From: an uncultured cyanobacterium
Lineage (GTDB): Bacteria; Cyanobacteriota; Cyanobacteriia; PCC-9006; JAAUQQ01
Reading direction: 5' to 3'
DNA length: 64,000 bases
Assembly (NCBI GenBank): GCA_963718615.1
Contig: OY970368.1
Location: forward strand, 1,888,001-1,952,000
The position numbers were made by a program, and so were the translations under genes. The notes beneath the pieces are model-generated. The model ran no database searches. It was not told the DNA's origin and was given only the letters and a program-made list of their open reading frames with translations. Of the stretch, positions 10,575 through 20,818 are shown in pieces (position 1 is the stretch's first letter; every line of letters starts with the position of its first letter).

Positions 10575-10688
10575 GATGCGTTGCTTCCCCCCATAGTTCT
10601 ATAGAGTGAGCCTAACAAGATGGGTTTTGATTCCGATCTATCCTTCGAAGTAAGAAATTCGCTCCACCGGCTCAGAAAGTTGAAATTT

Positions 10689-12059
10689 CTAGGATTGAGT
10701 TAAGGGATGAGCGAGCACTGCCGGTTCAATGCCCAGGTCTTGGCCACGGGTTTGAAGCTGGTTCAAGATTGCCTGCTCCGCTGCTGTCGTCAGATTATCT
10801 AGCTGAACAATGCGATCGCATTGGGCCAACAATGGCACAACAAAATCTGCTTGAAGCTTTTCCAGTAAAGGTTCTAGCGGTTCTGGGGTTTCGATATGTT
10901 GGGCAATGATCTGCGCCGATGCCTCACTTAGGCTGAGGGTATTGAGCTCGGGGGCAATTTCGTCCCACCGCTTTTCGGGATAGGCGGCAACGATAACATG
11001 GGCCAAGATCTGGTCCATAATGCGCTGCTGGGCGATCGCCCCGGCTAAATACTGCTCTGCCGCGTCCTCTGCTGCGGTCAGGGCTGATTCCGATTCTAGG
11101 GGACTAACCTGGGCTTCATAAAACCGACAGGCGGCATACCCCAAGGCGTAGGTCATCAAGGCATTACTGCTGGTACCGATTAATGCACCGGCCACTGGGA
11201 TATTTTCGAGGAAGCTCAAGCCTGCCCGCGACGCTAAACTGAGCCCAGACTGAAGGGCTTTGTGGCCCCCGACGGAGAGTCCGAAAATCGCCAACACTTC
11301 ACCCTTACGAGCGGGATCTTCAAGATCCAAGCCGTAGATCGCCGCGATTTGATAAACCATTTCCGCCTGGAGCACAATGGTTGCGGTCAGATCGACAGCA
11401 AATAGCGCCGCTGCCGCCCCCGGCACCAAACTACTCGCCAGTCCTGTTCCCCCCGCTAAAAGTGTCTTTTTAACCATGAGGCGATGGGCGATCTGGGCTG
11501 AGGTTTCGTTGGGATGATCCGTTTGAAGTTTTTGCGCTTCCGTTGCCGCTTTTTGTATATCCACTTGGCCAATCAACGGTAGCAGCCAGTCTGCTTTGAT
11601 CACAGCCGTTGCGCGAGCTAGCAGGGGATTATCGCTCAGGAAATTCAAGGCATGACCAACGCTGCGGGTGGTTTGATGGGTGGCATAGTTGAGGGCTTGA
11701 CCGACCGTTCCAGCAGTTTCGAGGAGAGCTTTGCCGGTTTTAGCGACGCTTTGACCGGTTTTGGCAACGGTTTGGCCGGTTTGCTCGCCTACTTGGGCTA
11801 AGGCTTGACCTGTTTTAGCCGCGACCTGTCCGAAATTTTCGCCTAGGTCCCCTGCTTTTTTCCCTACTTGGTGAGTGACAGCCTGCCAGCGATTAACCGC
11901 CTTTGCTTCCTTTGCTTTCCCTGGCTGCGCCGGAACTAAATCAGATTCTATGGGAGTTTCAGTGCTTTCAGCAGTCGTGGCCTCAGCAGATGGATCCGGA
12001 GACACACCGGCATCGGCGACAGGCGTTTGGTCAGACCAGGAGGCTTCGTTTGGCATCAC
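10689..12059 (-). CDS. EcsC-family protein
   Basis: LQAEMVYQIAAIYGLDL..PARKGE motif. Confidence 0.75.
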   Translation of the reverse strand: MMPNEASWSDQTPVADAGVSPDPSAEATTAESTETPIESDLVPAQPGKAKEAKAVNRWQAVTHQVGKKAGDLGENFGQVAAKTGQALAQVGEQTGQTVAKTGQSVAKTGKALLETAGTVGQALNYATHQTTRSVGHALNFLSDNPLLARATAVIKADWLLPLIGQVDIQKAATEAQKLQTDHPNETSAQIAHRLMVKKTLLAGGTGLASSLVPGAAAALFAVDLTATIVLQAEMVYQIAAIYGLDLEDPARKGEVLAIFGLSVGGHKALQSGLSLASRAGLSFLENIPVAGALIGTSSNALMTYALGYAACRFYEAQVSPLESESALTAAEDAAEQYLAGAIAQQRIMDQILAHVIVAAYPEKRWDEIAPELNTLSLSEASAQIIAQHIETPEPLEPLLEKLQADFVVPLLAQCDRIVQLDNLTTAAEQAILNQLQTRGQDLGIEPAVLAHPLTQS

Positions 12060-12111
12060 TCACCCAAGGGGAAAAGGCTAAAAAGGTTGAAGGTTTGTCG
12101 TATTTTAGGCT

Positions 12112-12360
12112 TTAGGCTTGAGGTTTGGATTCATCTAAAGCCGTGGATTGTAGCCGAGGAATGGCATTGTCGAGGTGCTCTTGCTCCGCTGCATTCTCAA
12201 CAAATTTACCGATGGCAAACAGCAGCTTAGAAATTGCGGCGCGGGTTTCTGGTTGGATTTGGTCGGGCTCTAGCGTTGGGAGAATAGCCGCGATCGCCTC
12301 CGAAAGCTGCCGGACTAGTTTTTCTGCCAAATCTGAGTTCATCGTTTGCATTCTCCCCAA
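12112..12360 (-). CDS. Hypothetical small protein
   Basis: Plausible helical ORF containing a HIP1 site, co-oriented with the EcsC gene. Confidence 0.45.
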   Translation of the reverse strand: MGRMQTMNSDLAEKLVRQLSEAIAAILPTLEPDQIQPETRAAISKLLFAIGKFVENAAEQEHLDNAIPRLQSTALDESKPQA

Positions 12361-12568
12361 GGTTTTGCGCTCCCATCATCCACAACCAGCATTCCCCAAC
12401 GCAAGGCGAGATCTCCCGAGGAGACTGCCGGTTTTCTGCCCAAAGCCCACCAGAAAAGCAAAATCCTTTGACCTTCTGTCTTGGTGCAACGGGAACTCTC
12501 TCTACAGATAGGGGTGATTTGAATTTTAAGCCCCATCTTGATGGTTTATTCTGTCTTGCCCTTCGCCC

Positions 12569-13960
12569 TTGCTTTTCGCTTTGAATGTGACTGCTTCCCT
12601 TGCGCAACCCTTACCGACTGATTTGGCCCAGCTGCCGCTGCGGGTAGTGGTTTGTGCGCGATCGCAACCTCGTCCTGCCATCGGCGGAGCCCCCCTGCGC
12701 AATCTGCAAAATCTAGAAGCCCTCAGCCGCCTGGGTGAAACCCACCTGTTTTCCCTTTTCAAAGGGACTTGCAAAGACGCGCAGTCCACCCAAGCCCCGG
12801 CCTTGGCCAGTTGGAGCCACGCTGATTTGGCCCAACCCCGTTCTTTAGGGGATAAGCTGCGCAATCGCCTGCGCTGGCTGCGGCCCCAGGGTCATTATTA
12901 TTTTGACTGGATCTATACGGCTGCCGCTGCGCGCCAGTTTGAGCAGGTTTTGACCCAGGTCCAGCCCCATTGGATTGTCTTTGAAGAACTCTGGGTCGCT
13001 CCCTATCTCGCCGTTGCGGTGCGCCATCGCCAGCGCCATCCCGGCTGCAAAATTGTTCTCGATAACCACAATGTGGAGGGCCTGCTGGCGGCTGAGCGCT
13101 ATCCCTTGAGCCAAGCGAAAACCCGAGCCGAGTGGATCGATTTTGCGTTGCGGCCTCGTCGGGTCAAGCATTGGGAGCGGTGGGCGATCGCCCAAGCCGA
13201 TCAAGTCTGGGTCTGTAGCTCCACCGACGCCGAGCAGTTACAGCACCTCTATGGCGTTTGGCCTGGGAATCAGCCTGAGAATCAGCCTGGGAATCAGTAC
13301 GGCCAGAAGGCTTCAGCTTTAGCAGCAGCGTCAGGAAAATTCTGGGTCGTCCCCAACGGCGTCGATGTCCCCAGCTATACAACTTCGCCTCCAGTGTTGC
13401 CCTCAGCCTCGCCAGCCTTACCCCATCCAACCCCGTCGATTCTCTTCCTCGGTAGCTTTGCTTATGGTCCCAATGCTGACGCCGCGCAACTGCTGATCGA
13501 AGCCATCTATCCCCGACTCCAAGCCCACTGGCCTCACCTCAGGCTTCTGCTCGTTGGCCATGAACCCACGCCGCTGATGCAGCAAGCCGCCCAGGTTAAT
13601 CCTCACATTATCGTCACCGGCCAAGTGGAATCGGTTTTGCCCTATCTCCACCAGGCCGATGTTTTAGTCGTTCCCCTCCGCCAAGGCAGCGGCACTCGAC
13701 TCAAGATTCTGGAAGCCTTTGCGGCACGGCTCCCCGTCGTCAGCACGACCAAAGGCGCAGAGGGGTTGGCCGTGGAAGATGGCCAGCAGATTTTGCTGCG
13801 CGATGACCTGGATGACTTGGCCGATGCTGTCGGTCAGCTTTTGGCGGATCCGGTCCAGCGTCAGGCGATCGCCACCCAAGCCCATCAAACGGTGGAGCAG
13901 CTTTATTCCTGGGCAACCGCGACTCAAACGATCCAAGCCGCCCTCGGCCAATGCCTATGA
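12569..13960 (+). CDS. Glycosyltransferase family 4
   Basis: Motifs DNHNVE, VVPNGVD and GSGTRLKILEAFA..PVVST..GAEGL. Confidence 0.92.
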   Translation: MLFALNVTASLAQPLPTDLAQLPLRVVVCARSQPRPAIGGAPLRNLQNLEALSRLGETHLFSLFKGTCKDAQSTQAPALASWSHADLAQPRSLGDKLRNRLRWLRPQGHYYFDWIYTAAAARQFEQVLTQVQPHWIVFEELWVAPYLAVAVRHRQRHPGCKIVLDNHNVEGLLAAERYPLSQAKTRAEWIDFALRPRRVKHWERWAIAQADQVWVCSSTDAEQLQHLYGVWPGNQPENQPGNQYGQKASALAAASGKFWVVPNGVDVPSYTTSPPVLPSASPALPHPTPSILFLGSFAYGPNADAAQLLIEAIYPRLQAHWPHLRLLLVGHEPTPLMQQAAQVNPHIIVTGQVESVLPYLHQADVLVVPLRQGSGTRLKILEAFAARLPVVSTTKGAEGLAVEDGQQILLRDDLDDLADAVGQLLADPVQRQAIATQAHQTVEQLYSWATATQTIQAALGQCL

Positions 13961-15045
13961 AGCCATTCCCCAGCCGCTTTTCCGGGTGCCTCCCCGCGAT
14001 GAATCCAGAGGCTGGATTGACCGCCCTAACGCCGGACAGAGGGCGATCGCCATCCCGCTCCAAACCCCGTTCGACCGTTGCCGCCATTATTCCGCTCTAC
14101 AACAAAGCCCAATATCTGCCTCGGGCACTCAACTCAATCTTGGCTCAAACCCACCTGCCAACCGAAATTATTGTGGTGGATGATGGCTCAACGGATGACA
14201 GCATTAGTGTCTTGCAAATCTGGATGGCTGAGCATTTTGATCGCCTGCGGGAGGCTGAGATTGATCTACAACTTTTGCAACAAACCAATACTGGCCCAGG
14301 GGCTGCGCGCAATCGAGGGGGGCAAACCAGCTCTGCATCCCTACTGGCCTTTTTGGATGCTGACGATGAGTGGGAACCGGATTTCTTGGCAGGGGCGATC
14401 GCAGCCCTAGAGACCCATCCCCACTGTATGCTGGCTGCCTTTGGCCAGTTTCAAGGTTCTGACCGCACCGATCTCCAGCCCCGCTTTAATGCCTTGGGGA
14501 TTCGGCCCGGTCCTTGGCGCTTGCCCCCGGATTTGCCGCCCCCGGTCATGAAGCCGACGATTGATTTTATTTTTTCCGGGGCAACTGTGGTTCGGCGGGA
14601 GGTCTTTGAAACCTTGGGCGGATTTTATGCCCAGGCGGGTTGTACCTATGGAGAGGACACTTATTTTTGGCTTCAGGTGGCGTTGCAGCATGAGATTTAC
14701 CGGGACCCAACCCCAATGATGTGGTACCACACGGAATGTTCCGATTTAGCCATTTGGCACCGGCAGGTTCCCCTGAGCCCGCTGCTGCTCCATCCCCAGC
14801 TCCTTCGCGATCGCTGCCCTGTGGACTATCAAGTGTTTTTGGAACGTTATTTGGCTCAGGTGGCGATCGTTACGGCGCGGCGGTTTGCTTATCGGGGCGA
14901 TCGTGACACGGTAAAGGCGTTGCTGAGGCGCTTTCCACTGACCAGACTTTTTCGAGCGGACCAAGCCAAAATCAATTTAGAATTGCTGCTGGCCAATTTT
15001 CCACAATTGCGGAGCTGGATTTTGAACGCTCGGTTTTCGGCGTGA
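13951..15045 (+). CDS. Glycosyltransferase family 2
   Basis: Motifs IIPLYNK, IVVDDGSTD, ARNRG and AFLDADD. Confidence 0.92.
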   Translation: MPMKPFPSRFSGCLPAMNPEAGLTALTPDRGRSPSRSKPRSTVAAIIPLYNKAQYLPRALNSILAQTHLPTEIIVVDDGSTDDSISVLQIWMAEHFDRLREAEIDLQLLQQTNTGPGAARNRGGQTSSASLLAFLDADDEWEPDFLAGAIAALETHPHCMLAAFGQFQGSDRTDLQPRFNALGIRPGPWRLPPDLPPPVMKPTIDFIFSGATVVRREVFETLGGFYAQAGCTYGEDTYFWLQVALQHEIYRDPTPMMWYHTECSDLAIWHRQVPLSPLLLHPQLLRDRCPVDYQVFLERYLAQVAIVTARRFAYRGDRDTVKALLRRFPLTRLFRADQAKINLELLLANFPQLRSWILNARFSA

Positions 15046-15050
15046 AGGAC

Positions 15051-15084
15051 TGTGGGTGTTACGGTGTGGGTGTTACGGTGTGGG
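15051..15084. repeat. Short tandem repeat (TGTGGGTGTTACGG, ~2.4 copies)
   Basis: Direct 14-bp repeat between convergent genes, resembling cyanobacterial STRR repeats. Confidence 0.7.
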
Positions 15085-15086
15085 CG

Positions 15087-15482
15087 TTATGGAATGAAAA
15101 TACGACCCACGCCCATCCAGGCTTCAAGGTCCAGCAAGATTTCGAGGATACGGTCAACACAACGATTTCGATAGAGTCGGTCTACTAAGAATCGATTTGC
15201 GTCTCCAATGGTAATCACCGGAAAGGAATTTATTGTATTCTCCTCCCGAAGAACTTGTTCTAGAGAATCTTCACCCTTCATGCTTCGATTAGCGGTTAGC
15301 AAAATCATCTGATGAGTCTGAGCTAGCCGCCAAACGACTCGATCGTTACTATCAATCGATAAATTTATTTCTTTAAAGGTAACGAAAAGAATCGGGAGAA
15401 GTTCTAACCAGCCTTGACTCGCAAGATTCCCCAACAAAATTTCCGCGTGACCGCCTAAGTTGTGATCAATCAAAAATTTCAT
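15087..15482 (-). CDS. DUF5615 PIN-like protein (putative toxin)
   Basis: MKFLIDHN..D..VW..A....ILLTAN pattern. Overlaps the DUF433 gene. Confidence 0.8.
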   Translation of the reverse strand: MKFLIDHNLGGHAEILLGNLASQGWLELLPILFVTFKEINLSIDSNDRVVWRLAQTHQMILLTANRSMKGEDSLEQVLREENTINSFPVITIGDANRFLVDRLYRNRCVDRILEILLDLEAWMGVGRIFIP

Positions 15483-15853
15483 ACCCCAAGCTCATGGCTA
15501 GCCTTTTGCGCCTGAAGTTTTTCCCAAAGCGCTTCTTGGCCAGGTTTAGGGGGCATGGCGACAATTTGGGCAAAATGCTCACGATTGCGTTCTTCCCAAT
15601 ACTGACGATTTTCCTCTGCCTGTTGGAGAACCAGTTGGTACTCTGCTTCAACGACTGTGCGATTTGCTTCAATATAAGATAGAGCTGCATTCATCTGCGC
15701 TTCTGTGAGATCAAGCAGAGAACAGATAAACTTGGGAGGATACTGAGCAATCACATAGTCCAAAATATCATAGAGCGTAATACGGGTTCCTGAAATTGCT
15801 AGGCCCCGTTCTGTGCGGATGATGGATGGCGAGTTATGAGATCCTGAAGTCAT
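15479..15853 (-). CDS. DUF433 protein (putative antitoxin)
   Basis: I.GTRITLYDILDY...LTEAQM.AALSY motif. Confidence 0.85.
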   Translation of the reverse strand: MTSGSHNSPSIIRTERGLAISGTRITLYDILDYVIAQYPPKFICSLLDLTEAQMNAALSYIEANRTVVEAEYQLVLQQAEENRQYWEERNREHFAQIVAMPPKPGQEALWEKLQAQKASHELGV

Positions 15854-15969
15854 CCCCGTTGCCTCTGAATCTGTCTTGAATCTGTCTGTAGCCGTTTATG
15901 AAACAATGATATCGCATCCCTCCCAGCCAATCTCCACGCCTCCCCTTTCCCCTTATTCTGCATTCTGCT

Positions 15970-17061
15970 ATGCGCTCTACGCCTGCTTCATTCGCTTTAA
16001 CCCCCTCGGCTGCTTCAACCGCCTCCTCGGTGGACTTAACGGCGACTAATCCACTCCTGGGTCGATCTTTGGCAGATTTAACCACTTGGGTCCAGGAGCA
16101 GGGGCAACCGGCCTATCGTGGCAAGCAGTTGCACCAGTGGATTTATCAGCGCTATGCGCGATCGCTCGACGACATCACAGTGTTTCCCAAGGCTTGGCGG
16201 GCGGCGATGGCGGGGGTGTCGATGGGGCGATCGCAAATCCATTACCGTTCGGTGGCTCCAGATGAGACGGTGAAGTATTTGTTGCGACTTCAGGATGGTC
16301 ATATCATTGAAACTGTGGGGATGCCGACGGAGAAGCGGCTGACGGTTTGCGTCTCGTCCCAGGTGGGTTGTCCCATGGCCTGCGATTTTTGTGCAACGGG
16401 GAAAGGCGGTTTTCAGCGCAATCTGAAGGCCCATGAGATTGTTGATCAGGTCTTAACCGTCCAGGAAGATTTCGACCGGCGAGTCAGCAATATTGTGTTT
16501 ATGGGCATGGGCGAGCCGCTGATTAATCTGGATGAAGTGTTGGATTCCATCCGCTGTTTGAATCAGGATGTGGGGATTGGACAGCGTAACATTACGGTTT
16601 CGACGGTGGGGATTGCGGGGAAGATTCGGCGGTTGGCCCAGGCGAAATTGCAACTGACGCTAGCCGTTAGCCTCCATGCTTCCAATCAAGCCCTGCGGGA
16701 ACAGTTAATTCCCAGTGCCGACCACTATTCCCTAGAGGCGCTGTTGCAGGACTGTCGAGATTATGTCAATCAGACCGGTCGACGGGTCACCTTTGAATAT
16801 ATTTTATTAGCCGGTCTGAACGATCGCCCCGAACATGCCGACGAGTTGTCTCAGCATCTGCGTGGATTTCAAAATCATGTCAATCTCATTCCCTACAATC
16901 CGATTGTGGAAGTGGATTATAAACGACCCCAGCGGCAAGATGTAGAAGCCTTTGCCGAACGACTGAAACAACGCAAGATTGCCACTAGCATTCGTTATTC
17001 CCGTGGCTTAGAGGCAGATGCTGCCTGTGGACAACTGCGAGCACAAAAGCTAGAACAATAG
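15970..17061 (+). CDS. rlmN: 23S rRNA (A2503-C2)-methyltransferase RlmN
   Basis: Radical-SAM motif [15 protein letters not shown], plus FMGMGEP and AACGQL. Confidence 0.97.
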   Translation: MRSTPASFALTPSAASTASSVDLTATNPLLGRSLADLTTWVQEQGQPAYRGKQLHQWIYQRYARSLDDITVFPKAWRAAMAGVSMGRSQIHYRSVAPDETVKYLLRLQDGHIIETVGMPTEKRLTVCVSSQVGCPMACDFCATGKGGFQRNLKAHEIVDQVLTVQEDFDRRVSNIVFMGMGEPLINLDEVLDSIRCLNQDVGIGQRNITVSTVGIAGKIRRLAQAKLQLTLAVSLHASNQALREQLIPSADHYSLEALLQDCRDYVNQTGRRVTFEYILLAGLNDRPEHADELSQHLRGFQNHVNLIPYNPIVEVDYKRPQRQDVEAFAERLKQRKIATSIRYSRGLEADAACGQLRAQKLEQ

Positions 17062-17064
17062 CCA

Positions 17065-18432
17065 TCAGTTTGGCTTCAAGAGAATCGCCCGCGCTTGCTC
17101 TGGCGAAGGTAACTGAACCCCTTGCCAAGCTTCCGTTGGATTCCACAGCCAGCGATCGCCCCCGGTCAACACCACTTGAGCGGCAATTTGCCGATAGTTC
17201 GGCAACTGTAATCCTCCTGCTCTGGCCCGCTCCCAAAGCTGACGATAGGTCTGACAACTATTCATTTGCAGAATTAACTTCAAGCTGCCTGCCCCGGCTG
17301 CACCAAAGTTGTGGGCATCAAAGCCTGAGAATAAACCATCAACATGGAGAAAAACTGCGTCTGCCCCGGCTCCATCCGGTGCATCCACGTGAACCCCGTT
17401 GGCTTGGGTGAGGGGATCGGTGCCGCCTTCTGGGCGATCGCTCCGAGCCGAATAGTGAATATAGGCGGGACCATTGGGCCATTGGCGATCGGCATTGCCC
17501 ACGGTCACCACAGTTAACCATTGTCGCAGATGGGCTTCAGCCTGTTGTCGAGCCATCTCTGGTGAGAGGTCAGGATTGTTTACCAAACGACGACTGATGG
17601 CTGCTTCGGTATAGGTCCGGAGCGCGCCGCTGAGTTCGGAGGTGGAGCGGCTGTAGGCCATCCAAACTAAGGGTCGGGGGTCGGTTTCGTTGGCTTCTAA
17701 AATCCGAATCAGATTGTTCTGAAACAGAGGACGGGCAAAGCCATGTTGGGAGAGAACGGTTTCGATGCGATCGCGTTGCCGAGGATGCAAAATCGCCTGC
17801 TCCCCCTGAATTGTCGGCATGAGGCCATTGGCTTCTAGGACCGGACGGTGGGTCATGAGGAAAATTTGCAGATCCGGGGTTAGGGGGACAACTGCAAAGC
17901 CTTGGTCCATATCGGTACCCAAGTGGAGCTGAGCCATGGGGATGCCTAGGACTTGGACATAGTGTTCTAGCCGTTGGGGCGTTGTGGTTTCGCCTTCCCA
18001 GCCAGGTTTGAGGTCGTGGAGGGTGTTGAGGCCGGGGCTGAAAATCACTAATTCTGAGGGATGCTCGGACGCTTGGGTCAAGGTATTGGCCTTGAATTTG
18101 AGGTGTTGCTCAATCCATTGAAACGGCTGATCCTGAGCGAAAACAGCATCGAAGTCCGCTGCTGCTCCATCTCCCCCTGGAATGGAAAAATGCCCGCAAT
18201 AGCCTTCGTCATAGCTGGTGCGGAAGGCCATAGATTGTAGGGCTGCGTCAGTAACCGCAGCCGCTTGATACTCGATATCATCGGGCAAATCGGCCCCAAA
18301 ATATTCCATCATAGCCATGAGGCTTGGCATGGCGCTGGGATGGATATCAGTCTCGAGTAAGGCTTCAATTTCGTTGATGTCAGAAGCGGAGGGATTGAGA
18401 ACTTGGGTGTCAAGCATTTTGATGGTTGCCAT
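17065..18432 (-). CDS. Hypothetical protein, possibly alpha/beta-hydrolase-like
   Basis: Long ORF with HIP1 sites. AYSRS, TDPL and AHNF could form a Ser-Asp-His triad (inference). Confidence 0.6.
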   Translation of the reverse strand: MATIKMLDTQVLNPSASDINEIEALLETDIHPSAMPSLMAMMEYFGADLPDDIEYQAAAVTDAALQSMAFRTSYDEGYCGHFSIPGGDGAAADFDAVFAQDQPFQWIEQHLKFKANTLTQASEHPSELVIFSPGLNTLHDLKPGWEGETTTPQRLEHYVQVLGIPMAQLHLGTDMDQGFAVVPLTPDLQIFLMTHRPVLEANGLMPTIQGEQAILHPRQRDRIETVLSQHGFARPLFQNNLIRILEANETDPRPLVWMAYSRSTSELSGALRTYTEAAISRRLVNNPDLSPEMARQQAEAHLRQWLTVVTVGNADRQWPNGPAYIHYSARSDRPEGGTDPLTQANGVHVDAPDGAGADAVFLHVDGLFSGFDAHNFGAAGAGSLKLILQMNSCQTYRQLWERARAGGLQLPNYRQIAAQVVLTGGDRWLWNPTEAWQGVQLPSPEQARAILLKPN

Positions 18433-18507
18433 GGTTTTAAGCCTGATTTGAAATCGGAATGAATAAGGTGAATGGAGAGGGTTGGGGTCGCTGGGCTCAA
18501 CGCTAAT

Positions 18508-19053
18508 CTAGGGTTGAAAAACCTGTAGGAGGGCCAATTTTTCCAAGGCTTGCCAGGTTGCTTGGTCAACAACGCCTTTAACGGTGATGGCTGAACTGGT
18601 TGGGGGGGTCTGTCGAGCCTGAAAATCTCTGATCGATGCTTCGGTGAGGGGGCCAAAGCGATAGTCGATCGCCCCTTCATAAAACCCTGCATGCTTCAGT
18701 AAATGCTGGACCACTGCAACGGATTTTCCGAGGGTGTTGCGGTGCAAAATGGGGAATTCTTCGATGAGGGCGCGATCGCCTTCCAAGGATCGCCAGGTCT
18801 CTTCAGTGGCAATCCCATCTTGAAATAAAAGATAGCGAAACTGAGCTACTTTCAGCCGCCGCTTGGTTCGAGGGCCAAATTGACCATCTTCGACCAGCGG
18901 TACTAGCGTTTGTGCATCGGCAAGTCGCTGGTTGAGTAGGGCCTGGAGACGCTGAACCTGAAGATTAGAATCACCCAGTTTGAGTATGGGGGCTTGGGTT
19001 GATGACGAGGTAACTATTTGCATGGTGAGCGAAGAAGAAAGCGAGAACGGCAT
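18508..19053 (-). CDS. Peptidoglycan-binding domain protein (two PG_binding_1 repeats)
   Basis: LKLGD....VQRLQ..L, DGQFGPRT and FGPLTEASIRDFQ motifs. Confidence 0.85.
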   Translation of the reverse strand: MPFSLSSSLTMQIVTSSSTQAPILKLGDSNLQVQRLQALLNQRLADAQTLVPLVEDGQFGPRTKRRLKVAQFRYLLFQDGIATEETWRSLEGDRALIEEFPILHRNTLGKSVAVVQHLLKHAGFYEGAIDYRFGPLTEASIRDFQARQTPPTSSAITVKGVVDQATWQALEKLALLQVFQP

Positions 19054-19305
19054 GGGTTCACTCTGGTTGTACCAAGTTCATCGCTCAGAAGCAGGTACCC
19101 CTAGGGGGCATTTTGCGAGTAGCAGGTCAAGAAACGATCACTCGCAGGGATGATTATGTCCGATGGGTGACGTTTGTTATGAGACAAAATGTAACAGCGT
19201 ATCTACTGAATATAGGTTTCCTCGGTATGATAAGAGTCGTGTTTGAGGCGAATCTGCTCGCTGACCTGTTCTAGAAGCTTTTTAGGCCGGTTTTCCATGA
19301 TGGAC

Positions 19306-19453
19306 GATATAAAGAATGTTTCTGCTTATCACCCCTATATGCGGGTTATACGGAAAGTTTCGGGATATCGTCTAGGGGGTATGTAGAAAGTTTCTGGCTA
19401 TCATGCTCTATGAGGATGATATACAGAAAATTTCTGCCTATTAAGAGTTATGC
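19306..19453 (+). repeat. Four ~25-bp imperfect palindromes ending at a G|TTATGC core (attI-like array head)
   Basis: Units start at 19306, 19345, 19378 and 19418 (approximately GWTATRCRGAAA-N-TTTCYGNNTATC). GTTATGC at 19447 is the complement of the R'' box of attC1. Confidence 0.55.
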
Positions 19454-19559
19454 TGCTTCTCCCTCTAGTAGGACGTAATCAAACGTTTCTCCCTACAACT
19501 TTAAATTTTCTAAGCTATAAAAGATAAAAGATTGCTAGAACACGGGTATTTCTCACTAA

Positions 19560-20609
19560 ATGAGTTTATTGCGACGAATCCAGGATGCCACAGTTGACCC
19601 CAAGTTTCAGTTGGCGGATATTTTGCGAATGTGTAAAATACTAGCTGCTCGTTTGGAGCACCCACTCTTTAAGGAATGGATTAAGCAAGAGCTGAATGGT
19701 TATGACGAAAATAAAGAACAACTGCCAGACTATAGAGTTTTAAAGAACTTAGGCTGTCGGGGTGATTTTTTTGGACCTTTTGGCAGTGGCTTAAAGAACG
19801 CGCCGATTCCTCCAATATGCCTACCTGAAGAATTCAGAGAAGTTGTATCAACGAAATATGTTTTTCAAAGTGTTAGTGCCTTGGAGAGCAATGTTGGTCA
19901 AGCCAATCAGTCAAACCAGAGCATTCTTAGGATGTTGTGGGCAGCAGATGCTGTTGTTCTGTTAGGTTCCGATATCTATGAAAGTATGGTTTGTGGGCAG
20001 GCTTGGACTGATATTCCTACCGCTGCATTGGTGGCAATTCTTGATACTATAAAGAGCAGAATTTTGGACTTTGTAATTGAGATTGAAGCTGAAGCACCAA
20101 ATGCGGGGGATGCTGAACCTGGGGAAAAGCCAATTCCTGACAAAGAAATTAACTACATCTTCAATAGATGCATTTTACATCAGCATAGTCAAACTGCTTC
20201 ATCTGGATCAGTCATTCAAACACATAACCAGCAGGATTCGTATATGCCAGACAACTATGTGAACAATCTTCAAGGAGCCAATGTAGGCAACATGGCTAAC
20301 ACAGTTAAGGATGATGCACGACAACAAGCTAATCAACATATCCATCTATCTGAGTCGAAGAAGACTCTTGCTGAAGCAGCCGCAGAGATTCAGCAACTCT
20401 TGAAGCAGTTAGAGCAAACTAGTCCTGCTGCTACTGAAGCTGAAAAGGTTGCGTATATTAATGATGAAACCACTCCTAGCTTTAAACGTCGTGTAAGCGG
20501 TGCTTTGCAGGCAAGTGGAGAAGCAGCAATCGATGAGTTTATCTTGGAGAATAAGTACCTTAAAGTTGCGAAAGCAGCAGTCAAAGGATGGTTTCAACCA
20601 GGCGGGTAA
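19560..20609 (+). CDS. AbiTii-domain protein with a cyanobacterial C-terminal helical domain (cassette 1)
   Basis: N-terminal L.DILR.CKILAARL......WI..ELNGY......PDYR pattern typical of AbiTii. C-terminal TLAEAAAEIQQLL.QL motif. Confidence 0.75.
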   Translation: MSLLRRIQDATVDPKFQLADILRMCKILAARLEHPLFKEWIKQELNGYDENKEQLPDYRVLKNLGCRGDFFGPFGSGLKNAPIPPICLPEEFREVVSTKYVFQSVSALESNVGQANQSNQSILRMLWAADAVVLLGSDIYESMVCGQAWTDIPTAALVAILDTIKSRILDFVIEIEAEAPNAGDAEPGEKPIPDKEINYIFNRCILHQHSQTASSGSVIQTHNQQDSYMPDNYVNNLQGANVGNMANTVKDDARQQANQHIHLSESKKTLAEAAAEIQQLLKQLEQTSPAATEAEKVAYINDETTPSFKRRVSGALQASGEAAIDEFILENKYLKVAKAAVKGWFQPGG

Positions 20610-20629
20610 GGTTATTAATATTGCCAGCA

Positions 20630-20715
20630 GCATAACAACCCTGCTGCACCGGAACGAACTTAAGTTATCGATAGGAGTCAGAGTTTTTTGCGTCCGGTGA
20701 GCAGGAACGTTAGCT
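20630..20715 (+). other. attC site 1
   Basis: GCATAAC-aaccct-GCTGCACCGGA...TCCGGTGAGC-aggaac-GTTAGCT, an imperfect inverted repeat with an extrahelical base. Confidence 0.9.
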
Positions 20716-20774
20716 GGCTTCGTTTTAGGGCTACGGGCATACCCTACTTGGCGGACTCAGTTAAATAAAAAGAA

Positions 20775-20807
20775 CAACCGAGCCTCAGTAATCAAGAAGC
20801 TCGGTTG
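20775..20807 (-). terminator. Rho-independent terminator of the small minus-strand gene
   Basis: 12-bp stem CAACCGAGCCTC/GAAGCTCGGTTG (one G-U pair on the minus strand), followed by a U-rich tract on the minus strand. Confidence 0.7.
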
Positions 20808-20818
20808 CCAGTCAAGTT

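Noticed and set aside
19306-19442. Possible CRISPR array
   Set aside because: The repeats are degenerate, the spacers are only 8-15 bp and there are no cas genes. It is better explained as a recombinase-site array.
19054-19446. Integron integrase gene or remnant upstream of the array
   Set aside because: No ORF or tyrosine-recombinase motif is visible.
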